64,000 bases of DNA from a virus. The notes under the pieces are model-generated. The model made no database searches, had not been told where the DNA came from, and was given only the letters and a program-made list of their open reading frames with translations. The stretch is from IMG/VR virus record IMGVR_UViG_3300049489_000321, positions 32,001 to 96,000 of that record; one strand, given 5' to 3'. Position 1 is the stretch's first letter. Each line of letters opens with the position of its first letter. The translations under genes and the position numbers were made by a program. Shown piece after piece: positions 61,268-64,000 of the stretch.

Positions 61268-63772
61268 ATGTCTAAGAAAAACAATTGGTTACCAAACGTA
61301 CGTGTAGATATAGTTGACATGAATCAAGCTTCTTGGGGCTACCTAGATTCTACTCAACAAGAATTATTAAATTCAGTTTTAAAAGACGATTATTCTCGTG
61401 TTTTAGATGGCTTTAGAATACAGATAGCAGATCAGGGAAGTTTCCCTGGCGTATTCACTGTATACAACGGTTCGTCCGTAGACCATGATGGTGTGTTTGT
61501 TTCTAACAAAGAAGATCTAGACGCACAACGTTCTTCTACTATAACCGCTGACGCTACGTACTACATAGAAATAGAGCATCTAGAAACTCCCAGTGACACC
61601 GACGTGCGTGGTGTGTGGGATCCGTCTTATGATAACGGATTAGACGATTCAGGTGATCAGCTACCACCTGGTAGAGAGTTTATACAAAATGTATCCACTA
61701 GAATTACAAAAGATTGGAAAATAGTAACTCCAATTTCTACGTCTGGTTTCGAGCTATCTACTAATCCTGATAGTACGAAGATTCCATTAGCTATACTGGT
61801 AGTTTCTGGCGGCGCAATCACAGGTGTAACCACTTCTCCAGCCAGAACCTGTTTACTAGAGTCCGTGTTAGCCGGTGCTACTACTTTGAAGATGGTTAAC
61901 ACAAAGTTAATGCCGGATTCGTTTACTGCTACGCTAGACATAGGTGGTCCTAATCAAGAAACGGTGTCAATCACTGCCAACGATCGTGTAAACAACCTGC
62001 TAACGGTTAGTGGCGGCGGCGTTGCCAACAACCAAGCCGCTGGTGTTAGGCTTGCGGTAGCCGGCGTGTCACCAGCACAATTTCTTGTTGAGCGTACGGC
62101 AACTCTGCCTTATCTAGAAGACACATCCGGAGACGCCAGATTACGTATATGGCAGGGCAATGAAGACCGTGGTTATGTTCTAGGACAAGATCCTTCCGTT
62201 ACTACAGGAAATTCAGATTCTCAGATTGCTAGTTTAAAAGATCGGGTAGATTTTCTTGCCGCTCAAATAAGAGAACTAAAGTTTGGTGCGCAACGCACTG
62301 ATGATCTAGGTAGAATAGCCCCACCAAATTCATATAACGCTTCTCCGAGGTATTTTGACAGCGTACCAGGACTAGTAGGTGCGAAAGCGTTTTCTATCAC
62401 CATTGGTGATGGAGTCACTCAATGGGGTGATTTTAACAGAACGTCTTACGCTAGCGATGATTTGTTATTAGCAGACGCCATTGCTGCTTTGCCCGCTGAT
62501 GGTGGAACTGTTTTTATTAAACAGGGTGTAGTTTTAGATAATTTTGCTGCTACCGTCGATGTTCCCGCAGATACTAAAGTATTGTTCAAATCAGAAAATT
62601 TTAGAAACACCTCCGTGGTAAACATTGATTGTACTGATGTTAGTCCTCTTTTTAATTGCTTAACCGCTAATACTACTGGATTTATTGGTTTCGAAAACAT
62701 AACCATAAACACAGACAACGCCGCAACATCGGTGGTTGTTCTAAGAGATAACTGGGATTTATATGTAAGCGGATCGGCAATTGTTGCTGATGGCGAAGGT
62801 TCTAACGCTGTTATAGACTACACGAATGTAACCACAACTACAGGAAGAACTACAATTCAACACAGTAGCTTTGATGTTACGTCTGACGGAACGACTACAA
62901 CCAACGGTAGAGCGTTTATTGATGCCGACAATTCACCGTTTAGTAATATAACGATATATGATTGTGATTTTGTATTTGAAAACACGCTTGGGTCTGGTTG
63001 CTTGGACACGTTAATTCAAAGTACAGAGTTGCGTGAAAACGTTAGACTCCTTAATTGCCACTTTGACATTACAGGAGACGATACCGTAGGTATTCGATTA
63101 GCAAGCAGTGTGGACTCTGGTGATACTTCAAGAGGAAGAGTAATACAAGGATGCTCTCACGTACGCAGTGGTTCCGATATCGCGTTTATTTCCTCTTCTC
63201 TGGTTACTTTAAACCGTATACATAACCACTATAGCTCGGTTGGAAGTACTACTGATAGAGTAGTTGCCGACACAGATTTTGCTGCTAATGTTGACGTTGC
63301 TGGTAATCTAACCATGGCTATTAACCAAGACATAGAAGTCAGCGGAACCGGGCTATATAAGCACGGTAGTAGATTAATGATGATTAGTCCTGTTGGCGGT
63401 TCACACAGTGGAGGAGGCACTGCAACCAGCTCCGCAGGTCAAATAACTTTAACTGACGCCACAGGTATTTGGTATGTTCCCCTTCATTTACAAGTTGGCT
63501 GGGAAGTAGAGTCTGTTTCTGTTTACCTAGAGCCTGCAGGGTCTAGTACTAAAACTCTTCGCGTCAGAAAAATAATAGAAGACGGAACAGCCACAAGTGC
63601 GGCGGTTAGAGTTTTGACTTCATCTACTGAGAGTGATTATCAAATAACACAAGGAGTTGGTACTGGTATACCGTTTATTGTAGAGGATGATGCTTCATAT
63701 TGTATTGCTTTTGAAGCAGGTGACAATGGTGATATAATTCGTATTATTAAAGTGGTTTATAATCAACCGTAA
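61268..63772 (+). CDS. tail fibre/baseplate receptor-binding protein with beta-helix-like region
   Basis: AIAALPADGGTVFIK.G followed by beta-helix-like repeats. Confidence 0.65.
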   Translation: MSKKNNWLPNVRVDIVDMNQASWGYLDSTQQELLNSVLKDDYSRVLDGFRIQIADQGSFPGVFTVYNGSSVDHDGVFVSNKEDLDAQRSSTITADATYYIEIEHLETPSDTDVRGVWDPSYDNGLDDSGDQLPPGREFIQNVSTRITKDWKIVTPISTSGFELSTNPDSTKIPLAILVVSGGAITGVTTSPARTCLLESVLAGATTLKMVNTKLMPDSFTATLDIGGPNQETVSITANDRVNNLLTVSGGGVANNQAAGVRLAVAGVSPAQFLVERTATLPYLEDTSGDARLRIWQGNEDRGYVLGQDPSVTTGNSDSQIASLKDRVDFLAAQIRELKFGAQRTDDLGRIAPPNSYNASPRYFDSVPGLVGAKAFSITIGDGVTQWGDFNRTSYASDDLLLADAIAALPADGGTVFIKQGVVLDNFAATVDVPADTKVLFKSENFRNTSVVNIDCTDVSPLFNCLTANTTGFIGFENITINTDNAATSVVVLRDNWDLYVSGSAIVADGEGSNAVIDYTNVTTTTGRTTIQHSSFDVTSDGTTTTNGRAFIDADNSPFSNITIYDCDFVFENTLGSGCLDTLIQSTELRENVRLLNCHFDITGDDTVGIRLASSVDSGDTSRGRVIQGCSHVRSGSDIAFISSSLVTLNRIHNHYSSVGSTTDRVVADTDFAANVDVAGNLTMAINQDIEVSGTGLYKHGSRLMMISPVGGSHSGGGTATSSAGQITLTDATGIWYVPLHLQVGWEVESVSVYLEPAGSSTKTLRVRKIIEDGTATSAAVRVLTSSTESDYQITQGVGTGIPFIVEDDASYCIAFEAGDNGDIIRIIKVVYNQP

Positions 63773-63787
63773 TTAAAGGAGAAATAC

Positions 63788-64000
63788 ATGAGTAAGAAAT
63801 TTATAGGAATTTGTTCAACTGTTATTTTACTAGGAATGGGTCTATTTACGTTTAGCTATGCGCAAACAGATCCTGCTTCCATGGATATTGGCGGTCTTTT
63901 TGCGTTCATCCTAGAGAAGCTTAAGTTAAGTCAATGGCTTGCTGCGTTTGGCGCTGTTCTAGTTGGCGCTGTTTGGCTACTTCGTGGACTAATTGCTCCA
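63788..64000 (+). CDS. membrane protein, holin-like (truncated by window edge)
   Basis: AAGGAG RBS; MSKKFIGICSTVILLGMG...WLAAFGAVLVGAVWLLRGL. Confidence 0.55.
   Translation, partial: MSKKFIGICSTVILLGMGLFTFSYAQTDPASMDIGGLFAFILEKLKLSQWLAAFGAVLVGAVWLLRGLIAP

Noticed and set aside
18758-63420. Many short antisense or out-of-frame ORFs in the ORF track overlapping structural genes
   Set aside because: Shadows of long + strand genes; no RBS and no recognisable motifs
1-64000. Stop-codon reassignment, as in some large phages
   Set aside because: TAA, TAG and TGA all end conserved genes at sensible positions and coding density is high under the standard code

Overview
This 64 kb window is part of a large, roughly 40% GC (visual estimate) dsDNA myophage genome using the standard genetic code. 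Its structural gene order resembles SPO1/A511/K-type (Herelleviridae-like) phages. About 1-18 kb holds small accessory genes on alternating strands: a nucleotidyltransferase, a SLOG/YspA protein, two metallophosphoesterases, several unrelated peptidases, a 5'-deoxyribonucleotidase, an endolysin, two HNH nucleases, an IMPDH/GMP reductase and a primase. From about 18 kb to the end all genes are on the + strand and morphogenetic: putative internal head proteins around the portal, then prohead protease, scaffold, major capsid, neck, sheath, a 6.5 kb insert, tube, chaperone, tape measure and baseplate. I recognised no terminase, tRNA, CRISPR array or integrase. The most notable observations are: (1) an apparent head-cargo system of proteins marked by a hydrophobic-x-K-[S/A/G] protease motif, including a shared N-terminal tag, an InPase-type domain and an apparently dead topoisomerase IB fold; (2) a symmetric array of four C(GNA)G hairpins shortly downstream of the primase; (3) a sheath-tube insert with duplicated large genes, an unannotated family of 49-aa peptides and a (TA)9 microsatellite; (4) a leader motif plus terminator shared by two late operons; (5) a UCC_UUU_CGA +1 frameshift in the tail chaperone. 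All family calls come from motif recognition by eye, with no database searches.
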